Shown here piece after piece: positions 28,795 to 41,597 of a DNA stretch of 64,000 nucleotides. The stretch comes from the human T2T-CHM13v2.0 reference genome, Homo sapiens. The notes beneath the pieces are model-generated. The model saw only the letters and a program-made list of their open reading frames with translations. It searched no databases and was not told the DNA's origin. Where the stretch lies: assembly GCF_009914755.1 (NCBI RefSeq), contig NC_060940.1, one strand, 5' to 3'. The position numbers and the translations under genes are program-made. Within the stretch, counting starts at the first letter, position 1; every line of letters begins with the position of its first letter.

Positions 28795-28985
28795 AAATAC
28801 TATTACTAAACAACAGCAGCCAACTCATTCAGGTACTGTGCTAAGCATATTTTATTTAATTCTCATAGCAACCCAGTGGAACTTACTGGGTATTATTCTT
28901 CCCATTTATCAGCTGAGAAAACTGAGACTTAAAGAGTTTAAGAATTGGCTTCATGTACTACAGGAAAGACAGCCAGGATTCCATT
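28795..28985 (-). mobile_element. MIR SINE
   Basis: CAGGTACTGTGCTAAGC..ATTTAATTCTCATAGCAACCC..CCCATTTATCAGCTGAGAAAACTGAGACT. Confidence 0.8.
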
Positions 28986-29636
28986 GTCCAACACGATGCT
29001 GGGGCCATAGAAGGCACTCCCTCTTGAATCTGTTGAATGGGTGGATGGATGGGTGAACGGATGAATGGATGACTGAAGTTTAGCTGACGCCAGAACTAGT
29101 GTACTTTACTGCTATTTGTCACCATTTCTCATCCATCTCTGTATCCCAAGAACCTGATGCAGTGAGAGGCACTCAAATTATTCAGTTAACTGGAAAAGAA
29201 TGAATAAAGTATCTTATATAATGCATGGAAGATGGTAGCAATGAAAGCTACCATCATCGTCATGTTCATATCACATCACCTCCCACCCTAGTCTTCACCA
29301 TCATTCTTGCAGATGTGTGTTTAATTACCAGGTCCATGCCATCTTTTAGGTACACATTTGCTGGACTTTCCTACCTGGCCTGCCTTCCTGCTGACCACTC
29401 CCACGCCTGTGGAGGAAGGAGGCATACCTGCAGGGTAAGATGGAGAGGCAGAAGGAGCAAGTTCCTGTGCTTTACAGCAGAGCTTCTCTACCCATTAATC
29501 TGCTTACTTTTTTCCTTATCTTACAGATACAAAACATCTAAGCAGTCACGAAGAGCACGACAGAACCCTCAACTCCAAATTCTCAGCACTCCCTGTTATT
29601 TTTTCACACTTTCCAGATGTAAAAAACTAAGGTTTA

Positions 29637-30009
<373 letters not shown>

Positions 30010-30489
30010 CTAGGACAGCTGATAAGTGGTCATGTCAGGAATGTCACTATATAGGTAATCCAATTTCTTCTTTATTGATCTGTATTATCAAATTTTCCAT
30101 AATGGGTACAATAACAATTATTGTTAGAAGAAAAAACTTTTACCAGGTGATATGAGTGACATCACTGACAACTTTGGGGAAAATGGCCTTGCTAAGTGCA
30201 GACATGCTTTCTCCCTCATGCGTAAGACAAAGTGTAGCTTTCTAGTTAGGAAAGACTCCACAGCAATTTTTCCTTGCTTCTCCCCTAATGCTGCAGGCCT
30301 TGGCTTCAGCCTGACCTCTCTTTCCCTCTCTTTCCTTTGCTCTGGAATGGTTTACAAGGAGCCACCATATGTAAGCATCTAGATCAGATTTTATGGAAAT
30401 ATTTAGATGACTCAAATCCCCAGTCAACCCTCAAGCAGCTCAAAGGCTGATAATGGAGAGAAGAATAAATATATTACAGGGCTAAATTG

Positions 30490-31098
30490 ACAAAATGCCA
30501 TTAGAGACCCAGCAATTCCACTCCTGGGAATCTACCCAAGAGAAATGAAGATTCGTGTCTACATAAAGACTTCTATGTGAATTCACTCATAAAGACATTA
30601 TTCATAATAATCAAAAAGTAGAAATATCCCGAATGTCCATCAACTACTAAAGGGATACCCAAGATATGTTCTATCCATACAATGGAATACTATTCCATAA
30701 TCAAAAGAACAAAATACAAATGCATGCCACATCAGGGGGAAACCTCGAAAAGATATACTAAGTGAAAGAAGCCAGGTACAAAGAGCAATGTTGTATGATT
30801 CCATCTCTTTAAAATGTCCACTGTAGGCAAATTTATACAGACAGGAAGTAGATGAGTGGTTGCCTAGGGCTTGGAGGCAGAGAAGAAATGGGGAGTGACT
30901 GTTCATGGGTATGGAGTTTCCTTCTAGGGTGTAGAAATGTTCTAAAATTAGAGTAGGGCGATGGTTGTACAACTCTATACATATACAAAAGCCCATTAAA
31001 TGTCACACTTTAAATTGGTGAATTTTATAGTAATGTATATAAATTGTACGTCAATAATGTTAGAAAAGAAGGAAAGAAAGAGAGAAAGAAAGAAAAAA
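30490..31098 (+). mobile_element. L1MB-like 3' end with A-rich tail
   Basis: GACCCAGCAATTCCACTCCTGGG..TATCCATACAATGGAATACTATTC..AAGTGAAAGAAGCCAG..GTGGTTGCCTAGGG..AATGTTCTAAAATTAG. Confidence 0.9.
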
Positions 31099-31376
31099 CC
31101 CTGCCATGGAGAGGGAACAAGCAGTAAAAGAGCATGAGTTCCTGTCCTGGAGAGATTTGGGTAGTCAGTGATTGAATGGGTGTGTACCGAGGCCCGGTAC
31201 CATATGGCGCACCAGCCAGTGTGAACACAACACAATTCTGTCCTATGGAGCTTACATTCTGGTGGGAAGGACTGACGCTAAGCAAATAAATGTACAGACT
31301 ACAGGTTGTGATAAGGGGAACGAAGAAAAGTAGAGTGAGGGGACATGGAACTGGGGATGCCTTTTTTGATGGTGTC
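30822..31376 (+). repeat. Outer inverted duplication, left arm (partner 39222-39749)
   Basis: Reverse complement aligns end to end with 39222-39749; 49/60 identical in the block I counted. Confidence 0.92.
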
Positions 31377-33568
31377 GATGGCCATCTGGTCGTTCACACC
31401 CCTGGCTCAGCGTAGGGAGAGTCCAGACACATCGTGGGAGGAACAGTCACAGGCAGTCATATCCTCTGTGGAGGGGGAGGGAGTCCTCATTTCTCTTTGC
31501 AGGTCCCAGATGTCTGCATGCCCACAAAAGGAATGAATGCAGGAACTCTCTCAAGATGCCAAAATCCACGGTGGCAACCCAGGCATTTAATATAACAATG
31601 ATTGTTCCAGGAACTTCACTCCTTTTAACAATTCAGGGTCCGTCCTAGAGGAGTGGGGCTACCACTGGGCCTCTTGCAGCAGGAAGGACACAATCATAGC
31701 CTCTCATGGGTGCAAACAGCAAGCGGATGTTGCCCTTTGCAAACAGTTGGGAAAACCATAAAAAATGCACAGCCTTTGCCAAACAATGTCAGATAAAATG
31801 GCATGGAGAGAGGACACATCTACCAGCCTCCTACCCACTGCACGATTCAGGGCATGCAGACCTCAGCCTCTCTCCTGAGTTCAGCACTCCAGAGCAGGCT
31901 GTGGAAAGGGCACGGGGTGAGCATGTCTTTATGACATTATTGATTTATTCTCCACCTGCAGTTAAAAACCATGCCCAGACAGACAATAAAAATAAGTACT
32001 TAACCGTATCGCAAGCTCTGCCGACTGAAATGGATTTTACACTTAAAGATACAGCTGATCTGGGTGAGGGCTTTAATGGCATTTTTGAGTTTTAAATTTA
32101 AAAAAAATCAAATCTTTGGAAAAATTAAATGAGAAATCATCAGTGTTGCCCTTTGTGGGATTCTTCTCATAACGTCTCCAGGCTCAAGGGATTGGGGGTT
32201 ATGGTTTATAAAGTGGTCGAGTGGGGAGGAATTACGGCAGGTAGTTTATTTAGTAGGGATGAGCATTCTTATGTCTATAAGGAAAGGGAGAGGGCAAAAG
32301 ACAGAGGGCACAGGAGAGAGGAAGATGGATAATCTCCTAGAAGGAAAGAGGCAGGGGAGAGGAAGAAATGATGAGGAAATAGGAGAAGGAATAGAAGGAG
32401 GTGGAGGGATAACCTAGAATTATTTGTGGTCTTTAAATTAAAGCTCAAGGGCTACCCCCTCCTCCAAATCTCTCTACATGGCATAGAAGAAAATGATCCT
32501 GCTGGAAACCTTAACGCATTTTGTATTCGCCTCTTTGGGGGAAATTATCCTTGCCTGGTTGTACTATTACCATTTATAAAAATGCCTATCTCCCCTGCAA
32601 AGGGCAGAAATCATGCTTGATGAATCCACATATTTCTATCCCTCATATGTATTAAATGGTGAGAGATGGCTGAGCAAGTGCCTGGCTGGCTGGGCAGACA
32701 GACAAGCCAGCAAGGGTGGATGTTAAAATCCGAGGCAAGGGGAAGGGAATGGTGTGGGCTCAGGTGCTTTCTGCCAAGCCCAGCATGCTTGCTTTCGATC
32801 CCCATAAAAGGCTGATAAGGTTGGGCTAGGAGACGTGCAGGGAGAGCCTCAGGTGTTAATATAAATGGGTTCAAATCACAGCGTTGGAATCTGTCTGTCT
32901 GATACCTCATTCTTTTTCTTTTTTTGTCCCATCTGGATGCCACACTCCTTCTTGTTGAATATTTATTTTTTGCTGGTGAAGGAGGAAATCCTTGAGCATG
33001 AGCATGACCCAGACCTACTTTTTGGAGGCAAGAAGGGACCATCCCATGTCAGGAAATCAAGGATAAGATTCCTCCTCACCCCCATTCTGAGCCATGTCTA
33101 GAGCCTGTTGCCATCACTGTATCAGGAGAGATCTAAAAGCAAAGGAGTGTGATTCACCATCATCTAATTCAAATACACATCCTAGCAACTAGAAATGTGT
33201 GCATTAATCCAACAGAGATCAAAGAACCTCCCATGCTTTGTAGACACTGTGCTGGTAGCAGAAGATGTTCATTCTGTCTATCGCTAACAGTAAGGCAGTG
33301 CACACATGGCCTTGGCCTCACCAGGCATCCCGACCAAAGCGCTTCTGGAAGCCTCCTCTCCAGGGCTTGTGCAGCTCAGCAGTGTCCCTTCTCTTTGCCT
33401 TTGTGGCATCTCATAATAAACACAAACTCGAGTTTAGAAGAATTGGAAGGAAGATTAACAATTATCCGTTGCTAACACTCTGCCAGGTATGGTCCTAGGT
33501 ACTTCCTAGAATTAGCTTTAAAATAAAATAAGAAAAAATATATATATTATTAATTAATTCTCAGACCC

Positions 33569-33615
33569 ACATATATATGTGCATATATATATGGAGATAT
33601 ATATATATATGTATG

Positions 33616-33648
<33 letters not shown>
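33569..33648. repeat. Compound (TA)n(TG)n microsatellite
   Basis: Direct reading. Confidence 0.92.
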
Positions 33649-33746
33649 ATGCAAGAAAGAAGTAGATTTGGGAGGCAAATCCAGGTCTATGTCCAGGATC
33701 TTAAACGAACAATGCACTTCACTCTTTCAAATATCCATGTACACTT
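33649..33746 (+). repeat. Inner inverted duplication, left arm (partner 34727-34819)
   Basis: TTGGGAGGCAAATCCAGGTCTATGTCC and AATGCACTTCACTCTTTCAAAT are exact reverse complements of partner segments. Confidence 0.92.
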
Positions 33747-33829
33747 TATATATTTTCAAATGTCTGTGTATATTTTCTGCCTGTCTATCGATCTATCTAT
33801 CCATCTGTCTGTCTGTCTATATGGCTCTG

Positions 33830-34091
33830 AGTAGGAAGGAACATGAAAGAATTTCCTGGGGGAGATGGAGATGGAAATATTTTAACTATTCATAAGGGTG
33901 TGGGTTATGTGGGGCTCATTTCTTTGTCAAAATTGGGCAGCTAAGATTTGTGCATTTCAATGTATATAAATTTCACCTTAAAATCTGTAAAAATGAATAA
34001 GGATTAAGTGGGGGTGTGGAGTGAAGCAAGAATGGCAGAATGACAACCATTCTTAAAGCTGTGTGATGAGTTCATGAGGGTTTGTTACACT
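33830..34091 (+). mobile_element. L1ME-like 3' fragment (continues ~34678-34710 after the LTR)
   Basis: CATGAAAGAATTTCCTGGGGGAGATGG..TTTGTCAAAA..TAAGATTTGTGCATTTCAATGTATATAAATT. Confidence 0.65.
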
Positions 34092-34672
34092 TGTTGCAGG
34101 CAGAATCCTAAGACGACCCCTGTGTGGCCTGTGCTCTTGTAAAATCTCTTTCCCTTGAGTGGGGTCAGGGCCTGTGAATATGATGGGATATTATTCCTGT
34201 GATTATGTTACATTAGATAGAAAAGGTGCAGGGATATTTTTCAAATGTAATCAAGGTCCCTAATCAGTTCGACTTAATCAAAAGGGAGATGATCCTAGGT
34301 GGGCCTGACCTAACCAGGTGATGGCTTGGAAGAGAATTTAAGCTTCCCCGAACTCTGAGACTCAAAGCAGCAGAAACTTTCTCTTGCTGGCCTCAAAGAA
34401 TTAAGCCTCCATGAGTTTTTAGCTGGAAGGGAGTTCTGTCAATAACCACGTGAGCTTAGAAAAAGACCTGGAGCCAGAGATGAGACCCTCTTGATTGCAA
34501 CCTTGTGAGTCCCTGGCCAGGGAACACAGGTAAGTCATGCCCAGGCCCCTGACTCATGGAAACTTTGAGATAACAAGTGAGATAAAACTGTGGGATAATA
34601 TACTGTGAGATAAATAAATGTTAGCTGCTGAATTGATGGTGATTTGCTACACAGCAATAGGCAACTGATACA
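34092..34672 (+). mobile_element. MLT1E-like solo LTR
   Basis: TG..CA ends, GGCAGAATCCTAAGA, AAGGTCCCTAATCAGTT, GGTGGGCCTGACCTAA; 5-bp TSD ACACT/ATACT. Confidence 0.85.
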
Positions 34673-34726
34673 ATACTTTACATATGTTTAAATTTTTCTG
34701 CAATAGAAAGTTCAAACAATGAAATG

Positions 34727-34819
34727 AAGTGTGCATCGACATTTGAAAGAGTGAAGTGCATTTCTTAAGATTGGGACATAGACCTGGATTTGCCTCCCAA
34801 CTCTGCTCCTTTCTTGCAT
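34727..34819 (-). repeat. Inner inverted duplication, right arm (5' part of a MIR plus flank)
   Basis: Reverse complement of 33649-33746; MIR continues rightward only from this arm. Confidence 0.9.
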
Positions 34820-34945
34820 TGTGGTCTTGGCAAATTTACATGTTCTCTCTGACCCTCAGATTTTTCATCTTCCAAATGAGAGGGAAAGGAGGATTCACTC
34901 CTAAGAAAGTTGTGAGGGCGAAAAGGAGCATCTGGATATTCAAAG
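34760..34945 (+). mobile_element. MIR SINE
   Basis: AGACCTGGATTTGCCTCCCAACTCTGC..TCTTGGCAAATT..CTCTCTGACCCTCAGATTTTTCATCT. Confidence 0.75.
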
Positions 34946-35983
34946 TGCCTACCTATGTTAGGGGGGAAGGCAGAGACAACTGTGGTGAGAAGGCTGACAA
35001 GATGACAGTGAGTGAGTAGACTTGGAGTCACATGGTACCAGGCTGCTGTCACCCATTACCTGGGTAACCTTAGGCAATGAAGCCTGTCATCTCTGTGCCT
35101 TGGTGTCTCCATCACTGACATTTTTTAAAAAATGTCATTTCCTGCGGGAGCTCCTGTGTGCAGGTCTGAGGAGAGTGGCCTTTGAGAGTCGCGTTATCAT
35201 CCACGGCCATCTTATAGGTCTTTTCTGGGCATCTTGCTCCAGAAGGTCAAGTGCCATCCACACCTGCCACAGGTGATGAGTCCCACCTCAGGGACATCAG
35301 GCATTTCTGACAAGGCCAATAGAAGTCCCCAGAACACTCCAGGGCAAGAGGGGAACAAGGATGCTAGCAAAGCAATGGTTGAAAGGACCCAGAGTGGGAA
35401 CTGATACAATTACGTTAATTTGAACTTGGCAATGGCTGAAGCTGTCAATGACACTCCTCTTCTTGGGGAAAAGGTGCCACTGGATCATTTTAATGACCAC
35501 CAGAGCCTCTGTCATGCTTTGTGGCCGAAAGATGCCACTTCAAGAGAAGCAGGACCCTGGAGCATGGGTTTGAGGATGGGCACAGATTTGCTGAACAGAG
35601 AAATTGAAGTGGCTGTTCAGTCGCCCAGTGGGTAGGGCCAGACGGATCAGCTTTGCACAGAATAAAGAAGGCCAGCCTCCACGAGCCTGGCTGTCTTGCG
35701 TAGGAAACATCATTTGCCTCATATTCTCTTCCAGCATGAGAAAACCACCTTGAAAGCCTGTGTTCACAGTAGGAGAGGAACTAAGTATTTACTGAGTTTG
35801 TACCACATGACAAGCATGGTCACAGTTGCCTTATGAACACTTAGAGCCTTAACATTCCTATAGCTGCTTTTGTTTCCTTAATCAACCCTGGTTTTCTCTT
35901 CACCTGAATTATCCATGTATTCGTATCTTATTTATTCTGTGAGATTCTGCAAGCTGCTTGAAATTCATTGTGGAATTAAGTGA

Positions 35984-36285
<302 letters not shown>

Positions 36286-36959
36286 GTGACTTTTAAGGTA
36301 ATAAACAAATACTCAGAGCTGGGTATGATTAACTCTTTTATAAATAAGAAGACTAAAGCTTAGAGAGCACCTTGCCCACAGCCTCCAGACTACTGAGTAG
36401 TGAAACTCAAATGTCAAACTTTGTCAATATTTCCAAACTCCCTTCCCCGTCATCCTGTGCTACAGGTTACAATGGCCAATCCTCAATCACAGTTAGCCTT
36501 GAGCGAGGCCTTGTGATTTGCTTTTCACACATTCCTGTGTCCACACTTTACAGGGCTACAAAGAAAGTTTCCTATTTTCTCATTTTATAGATGTGGTAGA
36601 GTCTACAGGAGCTCAGGAAGCTGCTCAAGGTCAAATGGCCAAGAGTGGTGGGACCAGAATGGGAGTCCAGGCAGTTTGTTTCCAAAGCCTACAGTCATCC
36701 ATGGCTACCGGGTTCCAACAGAGAAGAACACAATCACCACTGTCAGCCACAATCACTAGCAGTGGGATAGGTCTTAGATGTGGCAATGCTGGGACCCCTG
36801 TGAGAGTCTATTTTGACTCTTTATTTATAGGATCTTGTACCATCCCAGAGAACCACCCCTGTATACCACACAATCACTTGTGTACTATCCCCGTGTGTCA
36901 TTCCAGTGGTCTCTCCTAGTGTTCCATCCCAATGCCAAATGCCTGCATCTTTGTGTAGC

Positions 36960-37520
36960 ATCCCAGGGTTCATTCTAGTGCACCAGTGCATCATCCCAGC
37001 ATACCTGGATGTCATCCTAGTCCACTTGGGCACCACCCCAGCATACCCGTATACCATCCTACGATACCTGTGCACCACCCTGGCATACCTGTATCCCATC
37101 ATGGGACACCTTTGCACCACACCAGCATACCTATATACCATCTTAGTGCATCTGTGCACCACTCCAGTATACTTCTATATCTTAGTGCACCTGTGTACCA
37201 CCCCAGCACACCTGTACACCATCTTAATGCACCCGTGCACCACCTCAGCATACCTGTATAGCATCCTAGTGCACCTGTGCACCACCCCAGCGTATATTTA
37301 TAGTATCCTAGTGTGCCTGTGCACCACTCTAGCACATTGGTATAGCATTCTAGTGCACCCGTGCACCACCCCAGCATATCTGTATACCATTCTGGTGCAC
37401 CTGTGCACCACCCCAGCATACCCGTATCCCATCTTAATGTGCTCGTGCACCACCCCAGCATACCTATATCATATCTTAGTGCACCCATGCACAACCCCAG
37501 CCTACCTGTGTCATACCTTT
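36960..37520. repeat. 42-bp minisatellite (~13 units; degenerate flanks 36835-37600)
   Basis: Consensus CATCCTAGTGCACCTGTGCACCACCCCAGCATACCTGTATAC; translates as 14-aa repeat ILVHLCTTPAYLYT. Confidence 0.95.
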
Positions 37521-37999
37521 GTACCATCATACCTTTCTACCATCCTGTTGTACCATCATGGCATACCTATGTTCCATGACAATGTAGCAGTGTACCATCC
37601 CCATGTAGGCGCCATAAAATCCACTATCATACCTTTTCCCGGATATGTGTTTTCTGAACAAGTGAATGATCAATTTCAAATGTTTGACTGAGCATCCGTT
37701 TTAAGACCTGCCTTGGCACTCCAGTAGTTCATTTCTGTGGTTCTGTACTTGAATGGAATTTGTCAGGGCGGGGCCATCACTGCAAGCTTCGATAACTGCA
37801 TTTGCAAGGGATTGACTCCCTGCTGACAGCGGGAATCCTTCGTCCCCCTCTCTAGAGCCGAGCCAAGCCAACTTGCCTGTATCTGAAGGGGAATCAGGCC
37901 AGTTATGCGGATCACAGTACTGAGTATGTGAAAACTCTTCCTACCTTATATGCTAGGCAGAATTTGGTATTTCCCACAGGAGAGAAAGGAAGGAACCAG

Positions 38000-38200
38000 A
38001 CTACTACGTGCTAAGGTCTGTGCTGGTACTCTATATCCATGCTTTAATTCTGTATCTTGTTGGCATTGTTGACCTCATGTTAAGATGAGAAAACTGGTGG
38101 TTCAATAAATTGTCACTTGGGTCAAATCACAGGGTTAATTAGTGACAGGGCTGGGATTTGAACCAGGCCTTTACAGCCCAAGTGTCCACAGTCCTACACT
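38000..38200 (-). mobile_element. MIR SINE
   Basis: AGATGAGAAAACTG..TCACAGGGTTAATTAGTGACAGGGCTGGGATTTGAACCAGG. Confidence 0.75.
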
Positions 38201-39221
38201 ACTTCCAGCAGGTTTTCAATGGTCAGCTGATTAGGAAATAAGCTGCTGGTGAAAAAGGATACCGGCAGCTCTACAATTGAAGGATTTCATAGACACCCAT
38301 TCTACTCTCTCCCTTAGGTCAAGCTCCAGGGTGTAAGATTAATAGAATCTTTGGCCTGTACCCAGATACTCCTTGACTGCTTTGCTTGGTCTGGCTGAGA
38401 TACCACCTCTCAGAACCTCTGTTTCCAATACAGTAAACGCGTGAGTATCCACTCGTTGGAGCTAGTCTGTTGAAAACCCATGGCACACGGAAAGGACTGC
38501 TCAAATTCCCCAATTAGTAACATGTTGTCGGTTTCAATTATTTTCCGGGTGAAACTGGGCAGGCAGAATTCTCAGCTGAGTTGAAATACAATTTTTTTTT
38601 TTTCATTCTTTTGCAAAATACATTTTTAATTCGTTTGGATTTTAAAATAAAAAAAGCCAATTCCAAGCACAAACTAGTGTGACCCAGATTGAGACAAGCA
38701 AGGGAAGAAGGGGCAAAGAAGGGAGACGAGTCTTCCTCTAAGCCACAGCTCAGAAGTGTGGAAATCAGCATGTAGGAGAAAAACTGTCCAAAGGCCATTC
38801 GAGCTGGGCTTCCCAACATCCAAGTGCAGTGCTCTATTTGGTACCTGGCATTCAGATGTTTTATCAGTTCTCACTATGGAGGGAGGGTAGAAGGGTTGGG
38901 GAGAGGTATCTCTATCTGAGATGGGATCTCAGAAGCCAGGAACAGAGCTGGCATTGGACAGGGATGGCCTGGAGGTGTGGGGTCAGAGTACCATGAACCA
39001 AAGGCTATGTCCCAGCAAAAGACAGACATGGAAGGTGAGTGTAGAATAGATAATGATGTGTTCATCAAACCCCATTCCCTTCCTCTGGGAAAACAGTTGG
39101 ATGACATTTCCCAACATCTGTTTGGATAGGACCGTGGGACTGGGCAGTTCAAAACTGCAAGCCAGAGATGTGGATGAGGAGATGGGTGGGCAGTTGTGCT
39201 TGGTGCACATCTCTGCTCTGT

Positions 39222-39749
39222 GACACCATCAAAAAAGCACCCCCAACTCCACGTCCCCTCGCTCCACTTTACTTTTCTTCATTACCCTTAACACAACCTG
39301 TAGTGTGTATGTTTATTCACTTAGTATCAGTCCTAACCACCAGAATGTAAGCTCCATAGGACAGAATTCTGTTCTGTTCCCACTGGCTGACAGCCCATGT
39401 GGTGCTGGGCCTCAGTACACACCTGTTCAATCACTTACTACCCAAATCTCTCCAGGACGGGAACTCACACTCCTTTACTCTTTGTTCTCTTTCCACAACA
39501 GTTTTTTTTTTTTTTAACACTGTTATTGAGATACAACTTATATATGTATCATAAAATTCACCCATTTAAAGTGAGAAGTTTAATGGGCTCTAAGTTATTT
39601 ATAGAGTTGTGTGACCATCACCCTACTCTAAATTTAGAACATTTTTACCACCACAACTGCAAACCACATACCCCATGAATAGTGATTTCTCTGCCTCCAA
39701 ACCCTAGGCCACTACTCATCTACTTCCCGTCTCTATAGATTTGCCTACA
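39222..39749 (-). repeat. Outer inverted duplication, right arm (L1MB 3' end + poly(A) + unique flank + L2 piece)
   Basis: Starts GACACCATCAAAAAA, ends AGATTTGCCTACA; reverse complement of 30822-31376. Confidence 0.92.
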
Positions 39750-39784
39750 CCCCCTAGACGTTACCTCTCCATGCCCCTAACAGT

Positions 39785-40022
39785 CCCATCCATCCTCAAA
39801 TTCATCCACCCATTGACTACCTTTTAATCCATTCATCTACCCATCAATCTATTCGCCCATCCATCAACCCAGGTATCCATTCACCCATCCATCCATCTAC
39901 CCATCCACCCACCCATCCACTCATCCACCTATGCATTCATCCACCAATTTACCTATCCACCCATTCAGCCATCCACCCACCCATCCATCCATCTATACAT
40001 CCATGCATGTACTCACTTATTC
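39785..40022. repeat. Degenerate (CCAT)n/(CCAC)n tract at an L2 tail
   Basis: Direct reading; followed by L2 3'-end sequence. Confidence 0.88.
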
Positions 40023-40240
40023 ATTAATATGTTTTGAGCTCCTTCTGCATCCCAGACCCAGTACTAGCCCTGGCACTAGAATGGAGAGCAATGCCACCTT
40101 GAGAAGCCTCCATCTGGGTAGGGGAGACAGTCACAGGAAGGTGTTACTTCAACAGCACATAAGAAAGGCCACCATCGAAGCAGGTGCGACCTGCTCAGAC
40201 TTAGAGAAAATTTGTCAGACACAAGACTGGAGGTCACCCT
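40023..40240 (-). mobile_element. L2 3' fragment
   Basis: TGTTTTGAGCTCCTTCTGCATCCCAGACCCAGTACTAGCCCTGG..CCATCTGGGTAGGGGAGACAG. Confidence 0.6.
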
Positions 40241-41100
40241 GGAATTGGGAGAGACTGCAGACAAAGGATGGATGATGAAAGCAAAAACTGCTGGGTCATG
40301 GGATGAGGCCTGCAGGGGTTGGGGGGCAGGCAAGAAAAGAAAAAGAGATGTGAAAAGTGTTTGTAACTGCAGAGGGTTGGACGCATTGACAAGATCCTTA
40401 TTAAAGAGACTCAACTGACTTCAGTTTTGAGCAGAACCTATCCTGGTTTCTAACAGCCTGTCCTCCTAATAAGGGGAGACCACAGTCATATGACAGTTTC
40501 ATTTCCCTCAAAACATTCTTGGCACTTTCCTTCTTCTCTTTTTCCCATCTTTCTGGGGGTTCATTTCCTTCTGTTGGGGAAGTGTGGAGAGCAAAGCTTT
40601 GGCACCTCTCCAGTGTTCCAGGAGAAGGCTTACCACCGCCTTCTGCCCCAACCTGAAATCTCTGCAAGGGTGGAGAGATTGTCAAATCAGCGACCTGGTC
40701 TTTTACAAAACCTGAGCTGGCTGCTGGATGCCAAGTGATGCTATCAATTGATTAAAACACAGCCTGCCAGCTTCCTGCTTGATAAGAAGGAGCACAATCT
40801 GATGAGGAAGTCTCCAGTCCATTACAGAATGAGGAGTTCACCAACTTCATCACCACCTGCTCCTTCCCACACATCATCAAACTTTCAGTGATCATTTCCA
40901 TGCAGCAGTGAAGCACGGAGCATGCTCACAGCGTGGCCCTGCCCCAGGATGGGGTGGTGGCTGCTGGAGGTAATCACCAGTCTCCCAGTGCCCCGCTGAG
41001 CAGGGCTGCCTCTAACCATGCACCCAATGAGGGGTTCAAGGAGTGGGGAATCTGGCAGCTTCTTGCAGCAGATGCCAGACTCAGTAGGGCATTCATCATA

Positions 41101-41597
41101 CCCCCCTCCATCCCCTCCCCTCCCCTCCCTCCCTCCCTCTCCTCCTCTCCCTCCCTCCCTCTCCTCCTCTCCCTCCCTCCTTCCTTCCCTCCCTACCTCC
41201 TTCCTTCCCTCCCTCCCTCTCCTCTCCCCTCCTTCCCTATCTCCCTCCCTCCCTCTGTCCCTCCTTCCCTCCCTCCCCTCCCCTCACTCCCTCCTTCCCT
41301 CCCTCTGTCTCTTCCCTCCCCTCCTTCCCTTTGTCTCTCCTTCCCTCCCTCCCTCCCCTCCCTCCATCCCATCCTCCTCTCCCCTCCATCCCTCCCTATC
41401 TCCCTTCCTCCCTCTGTCCCTACTTCCCTCCCTCCCCTCCCTCCCTCCTTCCCTCCCTCCCTCCCCCCTTCCACTCCCTCCATCCCCTCCCTCTCTCCCC
41501 TCCCCTCCCTCCTTCTGTCCCTCCTTCCCTCCCTCCCCTCCCCCTCCCTCCCTCTCTCCTCTCCCCTCCCCCGTCCCTCCCTATCTCCTTCCTTCCA
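41101..41597. repeat. ~500-bp C-rich polypyrimidine tract, (CCCT)n-based
   Basis: Almost only C/T on the + strand. Confidence 0.97.

Noticed and set aside
29494-29635. Strong-looking splice acceptor at 29526
   Set aside because: No convincing downstream donor before the Alu; isolated acceptors are common by chance
36906-37691. 261-aa ORF as a CDS
   Set aside because: Generated by the 42-bp minisatellite; non-ATG start, no recognisable homology or exon context. Kept only as a finding.
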